63,774 nucleotides of DNA, filler included, from Basidiobolus ranarum (GCA_040143965.1; 21 parts of 21 records of this genome joined end to end with filler, not necessarily neighbours in it), one strand, 5' to 3'. Shown: positions 24,391 through 36,677, numbered from the whole stretch's first letter. Made by a program: numbers and translations. The notes: generated by a model not told the origin, from the letters alone.

Positions 24391-24525
24391 TGACCAGGAT
24401 GAGCTCCACGAGCCAGAACCAGTTTTGGTGGCTCTGGTGTTGCCTCTACTAGTTGGTGCAGCCAGACTAAAGTTATTGCACATGAGAGCATAGCAGCCGA
24501 GTGAAAGAAGATTGTTAAAATGCAT
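24391..24525 (-). CDS. Secreted Ser/Trp-repeat protein, tandem copy A (3' part off contig)
   Basis: MHFNNLLSLGCYALMCNNFSLAAPTSRGNTRATKTGSGSWSSSWS, nearly identical to copy B. Confidence 0.8.
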
Positions 24526-25539
24526 GGTTAAGTGTAGTTGGAATTCTTGAATGTTCAGTATTGTGGTATTGTTATCGCTTTTGTCCTCACTTATAAATGT
24601 TTGCCTATGATAAGATTCAATGAGGCGAAGCAGATAATTGTATATAGTGTGAGTGGTATAAATCCATTCCTGATGAAGACTGGTAACCTAAACCTACTTC
24701 TTCAAGAGGAAAGGGAGCGTAGGGATAAAAGCAGCTGATATCTAAGACAGGATCTCAGTAGGTATGATTATTTTCGTGGATACTGTCAATTCATAGCTCA
24801 TCAATTGAAGCTATCTATCTCACTTTAGGGAAGATCCCTGGATTCTGGGTTACAAAGCAACAAGCATAGTTTGCATGGCGATAGGTGGCAGAGACTTAGG
24901 GCTGGGTTGTTTTGTGTTGCCTGGATCGAAAAGATACTAGCTACCATCCATCTCGATCACTACTCTAGGGCTTAGCTAATCAACTTGACTCAGGTCAGTG
25001 TTGGTGATTTAGAAATGGAGAATACAATTAGCTGTGAGTATTGCAGCGATTTGTCGACGGCACTTTCCATTATGACGTAAATTATTCCACGATGCACACA
25101 AAGTGAAGAGGTAAAATTGATGGTTAGGATTATTAGCAGTCATATTAGCAGTCATATTAGCAGGTAGATACTCAAACATCTCATCAAAGTCAACGAGACC
25201 CATCATTCTCGAAATAAACTGAACATAATCAAATGGAGAATCATCCCTCTCCTGATGATGCTTGCAGTAGAAGCAATGCCTCTCGGTGGAATAGAAATCT
25301 TCAATAATCCCTTTGTGTGTTCGATTTATTGAGTATTTAGAATTTGAAATAACTATTGTTGCTTTAATGGTCATTTTGGAATGACGAACTATAGAAACAT
25401 CATATTACTTGATTGGGATGAAATGGAATGAAATGAGGCATTGAAGGTCTCAATTTCCAGAGGTAACTAGAAATCAGTGTGGGTTGTATAGTGGAAGGGA
25501 TAAGAGAGAGGATATGTGGAGAGGTGAGATGGTAGTAAC

Positions 25540-25914
25540 TCAGTATGCAGTAGGTCTAGGTCTTGAATGAGTAGATCTACGAATAGACCAAGAGCTGGAC
25601 CATGAGGAGGAAGAGGAAGAGGAGGACCAACTGTATGACCAAGAGGGGGCTTTGGCATTGATGGTGTAGTGAGTTGGTCTGGCCGCAGATGACCAAGAAG
25701 ACGACCAGGATGAAGTCCAAGAGCTGGCTGGAGATGTCCAGGATGAGGTCCAAGAGCTAGTGGGAGACGACCAAGAAGATGACCAGGATGAGCTCCACGA
25801 GCCAGAACCAGTTTTGGTGGCTCTGGTGTTGCCTCTACTAGTTGGTGCAGCCTGACTAAAGCTATTGCACATGAGAGCATAGCAGCCGAGTGAAAGAAGA
25901 TTGTTGAAATGCAT
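25540..25914 (-). CDS. Secreted Ser/Trp-repeat protein, tandem copy B (complete, 124 aa)
   Basis: Signal-peptide-like N-terminus with likely cleavage at SQA|AP. (S/T)SSW repeats give 12 Trp. Ser codons vary at the third position in this frame. Confidence 0.85.
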   Translation of the reverse strand: MHFNNLLSLGCYALMCNSFSQAAPTSRGNTRATKTGSGSWSSSWSSSWSSPTSSWTSSWTSPASSWTSSWSSSWSSAARPTHYTINAKAPSWSYSWSSSSSSSSWSSSWSIRRSTHSRPRPTAY

Positions 25915-26967
25915 GGTTGAGTGTGGTTGGAAGTCTTGAATGCTCAGTATTGTGGTATTGTTATCGCTTTTGTCCTCACTTATAAATGTTTGCCTATGAT
26001 AAGATTCAATGAGGCGAAGCAGATAATTGTATATAGTGTGAGTGATATAAATCCATTCCTAGTCAAAACGGGTAAACTAAGCCTACTTCTTCAAGAGGGA
26101 AGGTAGTATGGGGATAGAAACATGTAGTGTTCAAGGGAGTAGGGTGATCGTCATTATTTTCGTAGACATTATCAATCTGTAGCTCATCTATTGAAATTAT
26201 CTATATCGCCATGATTTTAGCTGATGCGGTCAATTCATAGCTCATCGTGTGAAGCTCTCTATCCCTCTGTAGGGGAAATTCCTGGATTCGGGGCTACTAA
26301 GCAACACACATCTTTTGTATGGCAATAGTTGGCAGAGGTTGAGCTGATACTGACACTTTCATGTTACTCAGATAGGGTACCCAGATAGGATAGAAGAGAT
26401 ACTGGTTTGATCTCGCAATGCTATAGGGCTTAGCTATCTAACTTCACTCAGATCAGTGTTGGCACTTTAGAGATTGGGAAAATGATCAATGGTGAGTTAT
26501 GCAGTGGTTTGTCAATGGTACTTTTCATTATGTAATAAATTATTTGATGAGATACATAAAATGAAGAGATACAATGTGCTTATTAGTAGATGATCCCTAA
26601 ATGTCCCGAGTGTTATAAATATGCTACATCTAAACCCATTTTACGGCTCTTTTTCTCTATTTGAAGGAGTAAGCATGGCGGATTGAGTGAGATTGGTGAC
26701 TATAGCAGCACTACAATCATTTTCAGTGAAATAGAAATTTTTAATTTGTTAAGTATTTAGAGTCTCAATAACTGCTGTTACTTTAATGTTAATCTTGGAA
26801 TGATGAACTATAAATACAACATATGGCTAGATTGGAATGAGATGGAATGAAACGAGGTACTAGAGATCTCAATTTCCCAATGGAATTAGAAATCAGTATG
26901 TGTTATGTAGAGGAAAGAACAGTGTAAGGGATGTGCGAGGAGAGGAGGGAAGTGAAATGGTAGTAGC

Positions 26968-27334
26968 TCAGTATGTAGTGGGTGTGGGTCTTGAGCGGGT
27001 AGATCTACGAATGGACCAAGAACTGGACCATGAGGAGGAAGAGGAGGACCAACTGTATGACCAAGAAGAGGATTTGCCATTGTTGGTGTAGTGAGTTGGT
27101 CTGGCTGCAGATGACCAAGAAGAAGACCAACTGTATGACCAAGAGGGAGCTTTGGCGTTGATGGTGTAGTGAGTTGGTCTAGCTGCCGACGTCCAGGATG
27201 AAGTCCAAGAACTAGTGGGAGATGACCAAGAAGATGACCAGGATGAGCTCCACGAGCCAGAACCAGTTTTGGTGGCTCTGGTGTTGCCTCTACTAGTTGG
27301 TGCAGCCTGACTAAAGCTATTGCACATGAGAGCA
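26968..27334 (-). CDS. Secreted Ser/Trp-repeat protein, tandem copy C (first codons off contig)
   Basis: Same N- and C-termini as copy B, but with a duplicated AARPTHYT...SWSYSW module and fewer SSW units. Confidence 0.82.
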
Positions 27335-27434
27335 NNNNNNNNNNNNNNNNNNNNNNNNNNNNNNNNNNNNNNNNNNNNTTAATTAATTAANNNNNNNNNN
27401 NNNNNNNNNNNNNNNNNNNNNNNNNNNNNNNNNN

Positions 27435-28174
27435 GAAGTACTCCCACTCGGCCAAAACTTGTAAAGAAGCAAGTATCGTTTGACCCCTGCACCCTATTAA
27501 CTAGTAGCGCACGTCTTGGCGATCTCAATGAAGTTAAACGAGTGCTGGAGGAGGTTCATATTGATTGCCTAACACCTAACTACCAAACACCACATAGCCT
27601 GCTTTCACCTTTGCATCTGGCTGCGAGTTATTGTCATCTGAGTCTATGCAAGTACCTCGTCTCTGTTGGTGCCGATATTAACATACAAGATGCCGAAGGT
27701 TGGACTCCATTACATTGCGCAGCTGCTGAGGGTCATGTGAAGATCCTTCAATTTCTGCTGGATGTGGATGGGGTGGATGTTAATATACTGAATGAAGACG
27801 ATGAAACAATCATGGATGTAGTCGAAGAGGATACTATTCGCGAGTATCTTGAAGGTAAAGAAACCCAATTTCATCCTCAGTTCTTAGGCAATTTCTAATT
27901 ACCACTTTTCTTATGTAACATGACTACAGAGCAACTTGGGTTTAAGGACACATCATCTGTTAACACTGGCGTTTCTCAGGGTACACACGATAATGCTGAA
28001 GTAGAGCACGATGATACAATTGACGAAGACAAGGATCGGGGTAGTGATCGCTCTAATGGAAGTGAAGGCCGTTATGCTGGTGCTAGAGCACCTTATTCTC
28101 TGACCAAGTCTAGTCTTCAGCGAAATCGCTTAGGATACATGGTGAAGTCAAACGAGGTGACATCTCATGGATGA
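27435..28174 (+). CDS. Ankyrin-repeat protein with an RVxF-type PP1 docking motif (MYPT/PPP1R12-like arrangement), 5'-partial; intron 27855-27929
   Basis: Reads KLVKKQVSFDPCTLLTSSARLGDLNEVKRVL, then ankyrin repeats SPLHLAA and GWTPLHCAA. A 75-nt GT-AG intron joins ORFs 27542 and 27920 in frame. Confidence 0.8.
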
Positions 28175-29145
28175 TGTTACGGTATGGCTAATGAATTCAT
28201 ATGAACTTCAAACCAAATTCTCATGTTATCTTCCTCTTCCCTATAATTTGGAGTTTCTTTTGTGAGTTCAACATAGCTATCATTTAACTACCTGATTCCA
28301 AAGTTATCTATCAAAAACTCAGCCTTTTCCCGCCTCAATGTTCTCCTGTGCTTTTTAATCCATTATTATCCTACCATTTCACATGTGTACATTCCCCTTC
28401 TGAATCTTCGTCATCCATCTCTATATTTACTATTGACTATGCTACGAAGTACCACAAACCACTCCTCAAAATATTTCGCTTTCCACTCATATACAGAGTT
28501 TAATATATTCATTCTTTTTTTAAGAGATACATTAATATCTTCTTGCTCTCGCCTCGATTGTACTATCTTCACAGGGTTTGGGTTTAATTTATGTTCTAAA
28601 ATTGATTCGATCAGTATTTATAGCAGTTGAATGCTATTTTATTGTTGAATCCAGTTATCGATATATCATGCTAAATCATTTAAAAATATCCCGTTCGTCA
28701 CCAATTATATACGACATAGCATATCCAAAATGTACGAAGTTCTGCATTGGGCCAATGGATGAAAGTGTGCGATAGTTTCAAAAATCATCTTGTTAACTGA
28801 TTGACAGAAGGATAAAGCAAATGCGAATCTCTGAGTATTTAAGCTTAAGCAGAGTTTGTTAGCTAGTCTGGAGTAGATACGATAATCAATTGATTTTATC
28901 ATTATATGATACATCAATTCAGATCTGAACAATGGCATCTTTACAAATTTGGAAGTGGTCATCATTGAAAATTCACTCAAGCAGGGTCACCTGGTTCTCC
29001 CAGATCTATACTGATTTATCAAGAGTCATCCAGGGTAGTGGTACACCAACTTTAAGTAATGCACTCTAGGTGTTCTGATAAACATATTCATCAATATCAA
29101 CATGATCGATTTATGCTGTCCATACTCCAGGCAAAGTGCGTTTAC

Positions 29146-30222
29146 TGTTGAGGTATTTTGGGAGTTGTTGGAAGTGATTTGAAGAGCTAGAAGAATTGAT
29201 GCTTTTCACTCGTCGATTTTTTGAGTGCAAGTTGACATTTATACTTTTGTCAAGAACTGTTGAAGTTAGCATTGTCTAAAAACCTATATAGTCATATATA
29301 GCTTAGTACTTAGTTATCCTATATCGAACTAAGATATCACGAATTATTCTCAATCAGAATTTACTTAGAATATTGACACCAACTTAGAAGTTCTCAAATA
29401 TATAGATTTTGATAACTTGTGCTAGAGGCCTCAAACTTTACCCACATGTTACTAGGATCTTCCTTAACACATTCTACACGTGTGTTTGTTTACCTCTTTA
29501 CAAAATTATGAATGTCAACTTTCTCTCAACAAATCAGTAAGTGAAAACCACCAATTTCTCTAGTTCTCCAAACCACTTCCAACAGGCTCGCAAAATACTT
29601 TATCGAGAAAGGATATAGACAAAGTGACGCGCAGAATATAATTGGGAAGGTCACAACAACAAGTGTACAGAGTTTAGGATCTTGCGGACAAGTTTGAGAA
29701 AATCATATAATCTGAGAACTTCCAAGTAAATCCCTCGTGAAGATAGGGAATAATAGAGTGAAATTTAGGTAGCTAACTATATGACCATACAAGTGTTTAA
29801 AGGCATTTATTGTTTAAAATGACATAGCTTAAAGTATCCACAGCTAAAATTTAACCATCTGATGTATTTGTAACCCAGGTGATTAGAAATAGTGATTAAT
29901 TTACTACAGTATATGAATGTTGAAGTATTTTGGGAGTTTACTGGAAATGGTTTTTGTACTAGAAGAATTGGTGGTTTTCACTTATTGCTTTATTGAGTGA
30001 AATGTTGACATTTATAGTTTTGTCAATGTTGAAATTGTTGAAATTAGCATTGCCTAAACACCTATATAGTCATATATCAAACTTATGTTAGAAGCTCCAA
30101 ACTTTGCACATATGTTTCTGAGATCTTCCTTAACACATTATACACCTTGGTGAAATACGCAATAACTAAATACCAAGTTATATATGACTATATAGATGTT
30201 TAGGCTATGTTAATTTCAATAC
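29146..30222. mobile_element. Cluster of nested LTR-1 copies in both orientations
   Basis: Minus fragments at about 29146-29255, 29670-29800, 29918-30026 and 30160-30222. Plus copies start TGTTGAA at 29258 (near full length, to about 29601) and at 30027/30036. Confidence 0.85.
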
Positions 30223-31589
30223 ATGATACTATTGGCCTTGGGGTTGAGGATGCTCAGGTAGTCACTGGGTGGTTCGGCAGCATGATCACTCCAATTGGGC
30301 TGAGTGTTCATACAAGAGACGATTTCAGGGAAAGCAAGGCCCCACGTATAAGCATGTCCAGGGATATCAAACTCTGNNNNNNNNNNNNNNNNNNNNNNNN
30401 NNNNNNNNNNNNNNNNNNNNTTAATTAATTAANNNNNNNNNNNNNNNNNNNNNNNNNNNNNNNNNNNNNNNNNNNNGAGAACCCCAACTCTAGAACTGGT
30501 TTTATTGTGAAATCTCAATAGTAACAAATTTCTCTAGTATACATTGACCTCCAAGCTAACTAGTATAATCTAGAAAAATTCAAAGCTCATTATTCTTTAG
30601 GTTGGTCGAACAAGGGCTAGATGGGCATATTCGGAAACAGAGAGAATCTATTTTTTGTTGAGGGAATATCAGTGTCTACTTTCCCTCTTCCTTACTCCTC
30701 CATCGTGGCTTATTGAGGATCTAAATGAATCTGTAATTTATCCAAAACCTTGATCTAGAACATTCAGGTGAACTACTATTATAAATATACTGCTTCAAAA
30801 GATGATGGAATCTTAGCCAATTAAAACAATGAGAATACTGTGACTATGTAGGGGCAACTATGGCAATGGTCCTTTACGAATTCTCACAACTAAACCAGAA
30901 CGAAATCCTGTACAATTGACGGTGTTTCCGGTTGAAAGTGGATTAGACAAGGGGAAACCCTCTTTTCTTAGGATCTTCCTTTCTCATTAGAAATATTTAA
31001 TCCCTATCTAGTAAATATATGGTGCATTGATGAGCAATGATGTACGACTATCATTGATGATATACAAAGAAATGAAAAATGATTCACTACTCGACATATG
31101 AATGGGTAACATGATGCATACAAACCACTTTGGAGTTTCTTTTTACACTGAATATAGTGTAAACACTATTAATCAGTGACCAGAGCGACTACTTATCTGG
31201 AGGAAATCATGCTTGAAAACATATGAATTCTAGCCATTTCGCTTCATTTGTTAATTGAGAAATTCCATATGGTCACTTGGTCTTGATTGGCACTGCAATA
31301 GATGGCCGAATAGTATTCGATATGATTGTGTGCCTTGAAGTATGGATGTATGTACATGTTTGTTAGTACTCTTGGGATGTACACCCTCAATCTAAAGGCA
31401 CTCTAGGGGGCACATGCTTAAACGATTACTGTAATTCCTAAGGGGAGAGGGTGGCATATTATGTGCCGGTTGATATTCAACCGAAGTAATATAAATATAA
31501 TGGAATTCTCTCCAAGTAGATTAAATCCATATTCTTCGTTCGAATTTCTTCAATTTACACTCTCTTCTCCAACACACGTATCGACAGAT

Positions 31590-32453
31590 ATGATGGGACA
31601 AAGTGGAAAAACTTACGCGGAAGAGGTGGACTTGTATTCAAAGATATTTACCGATTCGGAGGAAGAGGAGTGGTTGAAGCGGCGTGATGTTTTAAATAGC
31701 TTAAAGGAATCCTTGCCAGAGGTTTATCAGATGAGTAACTATGTGGAGTTATGTGAAGTGGTGGGTGTAGGTATCGTAGAGTGTATCAGAAGTGAAAGAA
31801 CTCAGCTTTGCATCACAGCCATGGATTACATTGTTGAACTATCCGGATATTTAAAATCCGAGTTCGAGCCTTTAGCCAAGGTTTACCTTCCGGTCATTCT
31901 AAAGAACTGTGGACGTACAAACAAAATCATTCGAACCAAGGCTGTTGATTCTCTAGTAAGTATATTAAGCTCCTCTGGTCCTACAAGTTGGTTTGTTACT
32001 CTACTCGAAGAGAGGACGAGCGAAAACAAAGACGTGAGATTTGGTGTTATCAGGGCATTACAGTGTATTATCGACTTATACGAGTCCATCTTAAGTGAAG
32101 AAGTTGAGATAATAGAAGATACCATTGCTTCAGGTATCTCTGATGCCTCTCCAGAGGTTCGTGATATCGCCTTTAAAGCATATCGCGCCTACTTTTCCAG
32201 AATTTCCTCCAGAGAACTTGTCTTTCGCGAATCTCTAGATCCAGTCGCGCTCAAGACGTTGGAAAAACTGGAGTTTCGACAATCGAACACTGTCAACTCA
32301 CCTAAGAAGAGCATTCAACGACCTTCCATAGCTTCCTTGAAAAAACAATTAAGAGCTAAAATGCAGTGTGAAGAAGCTAAGAAGTCATGCGATAGCCATA
32401 CGATTATTACTGATTATCCATCACCCGCTATTAGTACAAAGTCGATTATATAA
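31590..32453 (+). CDS. CLASP-N/TOG (HEAT-repeat) domain protein, Stu1/CLASP-like, single domain
   Basis: Motifs W.KR, SERTQL, GRTNKIIR and DASPEVR are typical of CLASP TOG domains. A TATAAA near 31490 suggests the start is ATG 31590 rather than 31461. Confidence 0.75.
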   Translation: MMGQSGKTYAEEVDLYSKIFTDSEEEEWLKRRDVLNSLKESLPEVYQMSNYVELCEVVGVGIVECIRSERTQLCITAMDYIVELSGYLKSEFEPLAKVYLPVILKNCGRTNKIIRTKAVDSLVSILSSSGPTSWFVTLLEERTSENKDVRFGVIRALQCIIDLYESILSEEVEIIEDTIASGISDASPEVRDIAFKAYRAYFSRISSRELVFRESLDPVALKTLEKLEFRQSNTVNSPKKSIQRPSIASLKKQLRAKMQCEEAKKSCDSHTIITDYPSPAISTKSII

Positions 32454-32979
32454 CACAGGGATGAGCAGATCTTCTTCTACATAGAACAACTATAAATAAT
32501 AATAAACTAATCTTCTTAAGCGTGGTCTATGTGGTAATTGTTATGATCGATTTCTGCGAGTATGAAGCACGCCAATGTAAGGTGAACTTGACATACAATT
32601 TATTGTCACTGGTTTAGTGAGCCGAAATATTCATTAATCTAGGATTTGTGTAAGCTACAATTAGATCTGATGAGTTACAATACTAACCAAGTAGAATCAG
32701 ACATTTCTCACGCTATAAAGTAAGATATCGATTTGTTACAGCTTTACTGTTTGTTCAGTATGTAGCAAAATACAATAAAAGTTCGAGGACATATTGTATG
32801 CATAATTGAGAATTTTATTTGAAAATCTTAGACTTAGATGAGGGAATGTTTTTGAAAAGAATATGCATACATCTTACTACGAGGAGATATGAGCAAGGAC
32901 TTCTCACTCGTATGCTTGGTATTTAATTATGTGCTTTTGTGAGTAAAAACTTTTGAACAGCCTAAAAGTTGGATCGTTT

Positions 32980-33300
32980 TTATATGTTTGTTTTTCTCCT
33001 TCTGAAGCAGCTCGGCTTGGAGGAACTCCTCTTCTCAATTGCATCAAACGTAATGCCAGGTGTTTGCGTCTTTATCTTGTAGTGCATGCGTTTTCGGATG
33101 GCTAATTTGATGACCTCATTAACCACAAATAGGACTACCAGGGTGATGAGGATCTTTGCCCAACCAAAAGCAGGTACTGGCGTTAATTCGAGCCAGCCAG
33201 CTATTGGTGGAACGTAAATACCGATCAACATACATATCATGGAGAAGATGTATGCAGCAATCATGTATTTGTTACCCAGGATTCCTATTTTAAAGATTGA
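32980..33300 (-). CDS. C-terminal exon of a P-type II cation-transporting ATPase
   Basis: SIFKIGILGNKYM...IYVPP...W..I.....VVNEVIK matches the Cation_ATPase_C last TM helices. The upstream splice acceptor is unclear. Confidence 0.7.
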   Translation of the reverse strand, partial: SIFKIGILGNKYMIAAYIFSMICMLIGIYVPPIAGWLELTPVPAFGWAKILITLVVLFVVNEVIKLAIRKRMHYKIKTQTPGITFDAIEKRSSSKPSCFRRRKTNI

Positions 33301-33730
33301 TATATATCATTTGTCAGTAGTCTTAACTTACATACCTGCCGTTTCTTGGCACCATACCCTTTGGCATTTATCAATGGTCTTTAGCTGCTCGTAGACTCTA
33401 CTTTAAGTGTTTTCCATNNNNNNNNNNNNNNNNNNNNNNNNNNNNNNNNNNNNNNNNNNNNTTAATTAATTAANNNNNNNNNNNNNNNNNNNNNNNNNNN
33501 NNNNNNNNNNNNNNNNNTCTTATTTATGATTGATTGGTGCTAGGAGATTCAACTGTTGTGGCTTAAATTTTTTTTTATGAAACATGCAATAATAATGCAA
33601 AACCATAATGTATGCAATTTGAATCTTATGATATAAAATATTTGGAAATATAGCCAAAAGGTACAGTTTTAGTGCAAAAAACATAGGGTGAATACAGAAA
33701 TATTGTGATTTCCAAAATGCATGCAAAAGA

Positions 33731-34050
33731 TGTTGAAATTAGCTTTGCTTAAACACCTATATAGTCATATATAACTTAGTACTTAGTTATCTCATATTTC
33801 ACTAAGATATTGCCCATTATTCTCATGAGGAATTTACTCAGAAGTTCTTAGATATATTGATTTTTCAAAGAAGCCCCAAACTTTGCACACATGTTTCTGG
33901 GACCTTCCTTAACGCATTCTACATGTTAGTTTGTTTACATCTTGACAAAACTATCAATGTCGACTGAATACTCAATAAATCAATAAGTGAAAACCACCAA
34001 TTTCTCTAATTCTCCAAACCACTTCCAACAGGCTCCCAAATACTTTGACC
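33731..34050 (+). mobile_element. Solo copia LTR-1 with 5-bp TSD AAAGA
   Basis: TGTTGAAATTAG...CCCAAATACTTTGACC is flanked by AAAGA at 33726-33730 and 34051-34055. Confidence 0.9.
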
Positions 34051-34610
34051 AAAGAAGTGAATCAGTAATGAGTTCCAGTGTATAGACATGTGAATAAGTG
34101 GACTATAACAGTGTCACTACCAAAAGAAACAAAGTATTATAGCTTAATAAGCTACCAAAGAGGCTGTGTGGCTTAGGAATGTATTAATGTCATGGAGGCT
34201 CAGAATTGTAATGGTTTGGTCAAGAATCACCAATTTCATCCAAAAAATGGAAATATCTTAATTCAATATCACTTTGTTAGCAACGCTATTAAGAATATAT
34301 GTGAATCTAGTTAGAACGCTGTTCAATTAAGGAAATGATTGCGCATGTGCCAACAAAAATAGTAACAAAGCTCCAATCGGATGAATTTATCAGTAACTTA
34401 GGGTTAAAATATAAACATCATAAGTTGGGTGTTCAAGGTTAGTATCAATACCTCAATTATCATTTCTACCTTAATGAATCTGTCTACTCGAGATTAGCAG
34501 AATACGTGGTTAGCGTAATACGTTGAAATATGGGGATTACAGTAGCTCTTCTCCCGAAACACATGTTGCGATGCAAGTAGCGGTTATTGTTATTGTTATG
34601 ATAGGTTTAT

Positions 34611-35343
34611 TTAGTTGTGAATTTTAGTAACATTGCATTTAGTAATAGTAATACCAGATAATCGGACAGCTTGCAATAGTGCACGGCTGACCTCTTGCAA
34701 GCTAGCTAACTCATGTATTTCAAGGTTGACAAATATCATATTTAGTATGTTCACAGGAAGAGAGAATAGTGGACTTTCAATGGCGGCAGAAGAGAGTGGA
34801 GCTCTTTGATACGTAGGGAGGTCAACAGGATTGACTAAGGGGCTACGAATTAACCAGTCATAGTCAGAGGAGTATTTAAAGCGATCTTCCGCTGCTTCAA
34901 GTATGGGTTCATCCATAAAGTATGTCAGCCCCCCAATGGCTTCGCTTCGAGCGAATTTAATGCATTCGAATGGATATTGGTTGATCATCTAAATTCAACA
35001 TATTTGGCGTCCGAGTGTCTAAGAATTGATGTAATAAGTCGTAACAAACACTGTGGATTAGAGCACCATTGATCTGAGCTATGACCTGGTAGAAGATTTC
35101 GCTATATTCCTGGGATAAGGTATCAAGATGGTACACTATTTTTCTGCCAGGGTCGGTAACAGTTCCGTCAAATGCGTCAAACAATCTCGGGGTTTTGTCT
35201 ACTCCTTTGGGTTTATAATGAGTCAAGACGTAGATGCGTTCTTGAAACTCAATATCTTCAGGTTGTAATTTCACTTGGTCTTCAAGGTGAGAAATGATGG
35301 AGGTTCCTCCGCAGAGATGGCAATAGGTAGTAGTGTTAACCAT
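34611..35343 (-). pseudogene. Frameshifted F-box gene (N-terminal CxxCGG...HxxC region, then F-box)
   Basis: Two overlapping ORFs change frame near 34985. The second contains LFSLPVNILNMIFVNLEIHELASLQEVSRAL (F-box) and ends shortly after. Confidence 0.6.
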
Positions 35344-36557
35344 TGTGATATGACGGGAAATACTCCTTTATCATAGAGTACGTGTTACAGTGGTATGATT
35401 GGCCAGTGTTTAAATAAACAACGCTAAATTAGAATTAACAGTGGAGCAAGGATTAGAGTTGACTACATAACTTGGCAGGTTAGGATGAACAAAGCAAATG
35501 TATGGGATAGGGTGGGATAGGATGACAAAAGGGAATGATTCGTAAGGTTAAGGTAAATGATGCGATTGCTGACTTCAAGGAATAAGTGTCATGCCATAAG
35601 GGTCACCGCGAATGTTCTTATATACTGTTAGGATGAAGGGAGGTGTTCTTATAGGCTACAGATGTGTCACTGATATGATATCATTGATTCACAACTTTAA
35701 TACAGAATGCAAGAATTGGGGTTAGGGTTTATATCCTGGGAATAAATGGGATTGACTAACATGTACATGATGGGTAGCATTTTGCGGTAAACTACTCCGA
35801 CGTTCTTGTCACCTAGAAGCAAGGCAATAGCTTTTCAAATATAGGCTTAGAAATATACGTATTTGACTGGATTGTAGCTAAGCTGGATTGGGCTTATATA
35901 GATTTTTCCTTTTTTTGTTCGTCCATGGCAATTCAAGCTGTTGCAGGTGATGACGCTCAGCGGGTAACTTGACCTCTCAGAAATAACCCCAAATTAGGAT
36001 TTTGCCCAGATTCTTGTGGTATTTTTGGTGCTGATATTTGGATGTCCCAAGGAAAGGTGCATCCATCTATCGGTCATCATGAAAGTTTTGGTGAAATTGT
36101 TACCCGACCGATTAGGAATCTGTACGTTACAGACTACATGTGGAAACTTCTCTTGATGCAATAGAGAAGTGATCCAAAGTCAGGACAAATCATTGCCATT
36201 ATTGGAATAGAGAGGTATTTGGGAAGTGGAGTCAACTCTGCACATAGTAGTAGATCTACTAATGCAGGCATTAGAAGCACATGGTAAAGTCTAGCCTACG
36301 AGTGAGATTATTGCTTAAGTTATTGTTTGACATGAACAGTGTGGTATACTACGTTCAAGTATAGGGAACAATGGGGTAGTGATATATTCAAGTATTTGCG
36401 TTGACATCTCTATCAATATAGTAGCGGTTTGTCACGATAAGCAACAGTCACGATAAGNNNNNNNNNNNNNNNNNNNNNNNNNNNNNNNNNNNNNNNNNNN
36501 NTTAATTAATTAANNNNNNNNNNNNNNNNNNNNNNNNNNNNNNNNNNNNNNNNNNNN

Positions 36558-36677
36558 TTGTTTACATCTTGACAAAACTATAAATGTCAACTTTGGACTC
36601 AATAAATCAATAAGTGAAACGCACCAAGTCCTCTAATTCTCCAAACCACTTCCAACAGGCTCCCAAATACTTTAACA
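36558..36677 (+). mobile_element. Copia LTR-1 3' end
   Basis: Ends CCAACAGGCTCCCAAATACTTTAACA. Confidence 0.9.

Noticed and set aside
25009-25374. 121-aa ORF in the spacer of the tandem array
   Set aside because: The homologous spacer in the next unit (about 26470-26800) has no corresponding ORF, and there is no recognisable domain.
25467-25880. Pro/Leu/Gly/His-rich ORF overlapping the Ser/Trp gene (also 26886-27080 and 26900-27091)
   Set aside because: Shadow frames of the repeat. They are not consistently preserved between copies, and the synonymous variation and signal peptide favour the Ser/Trp frame.
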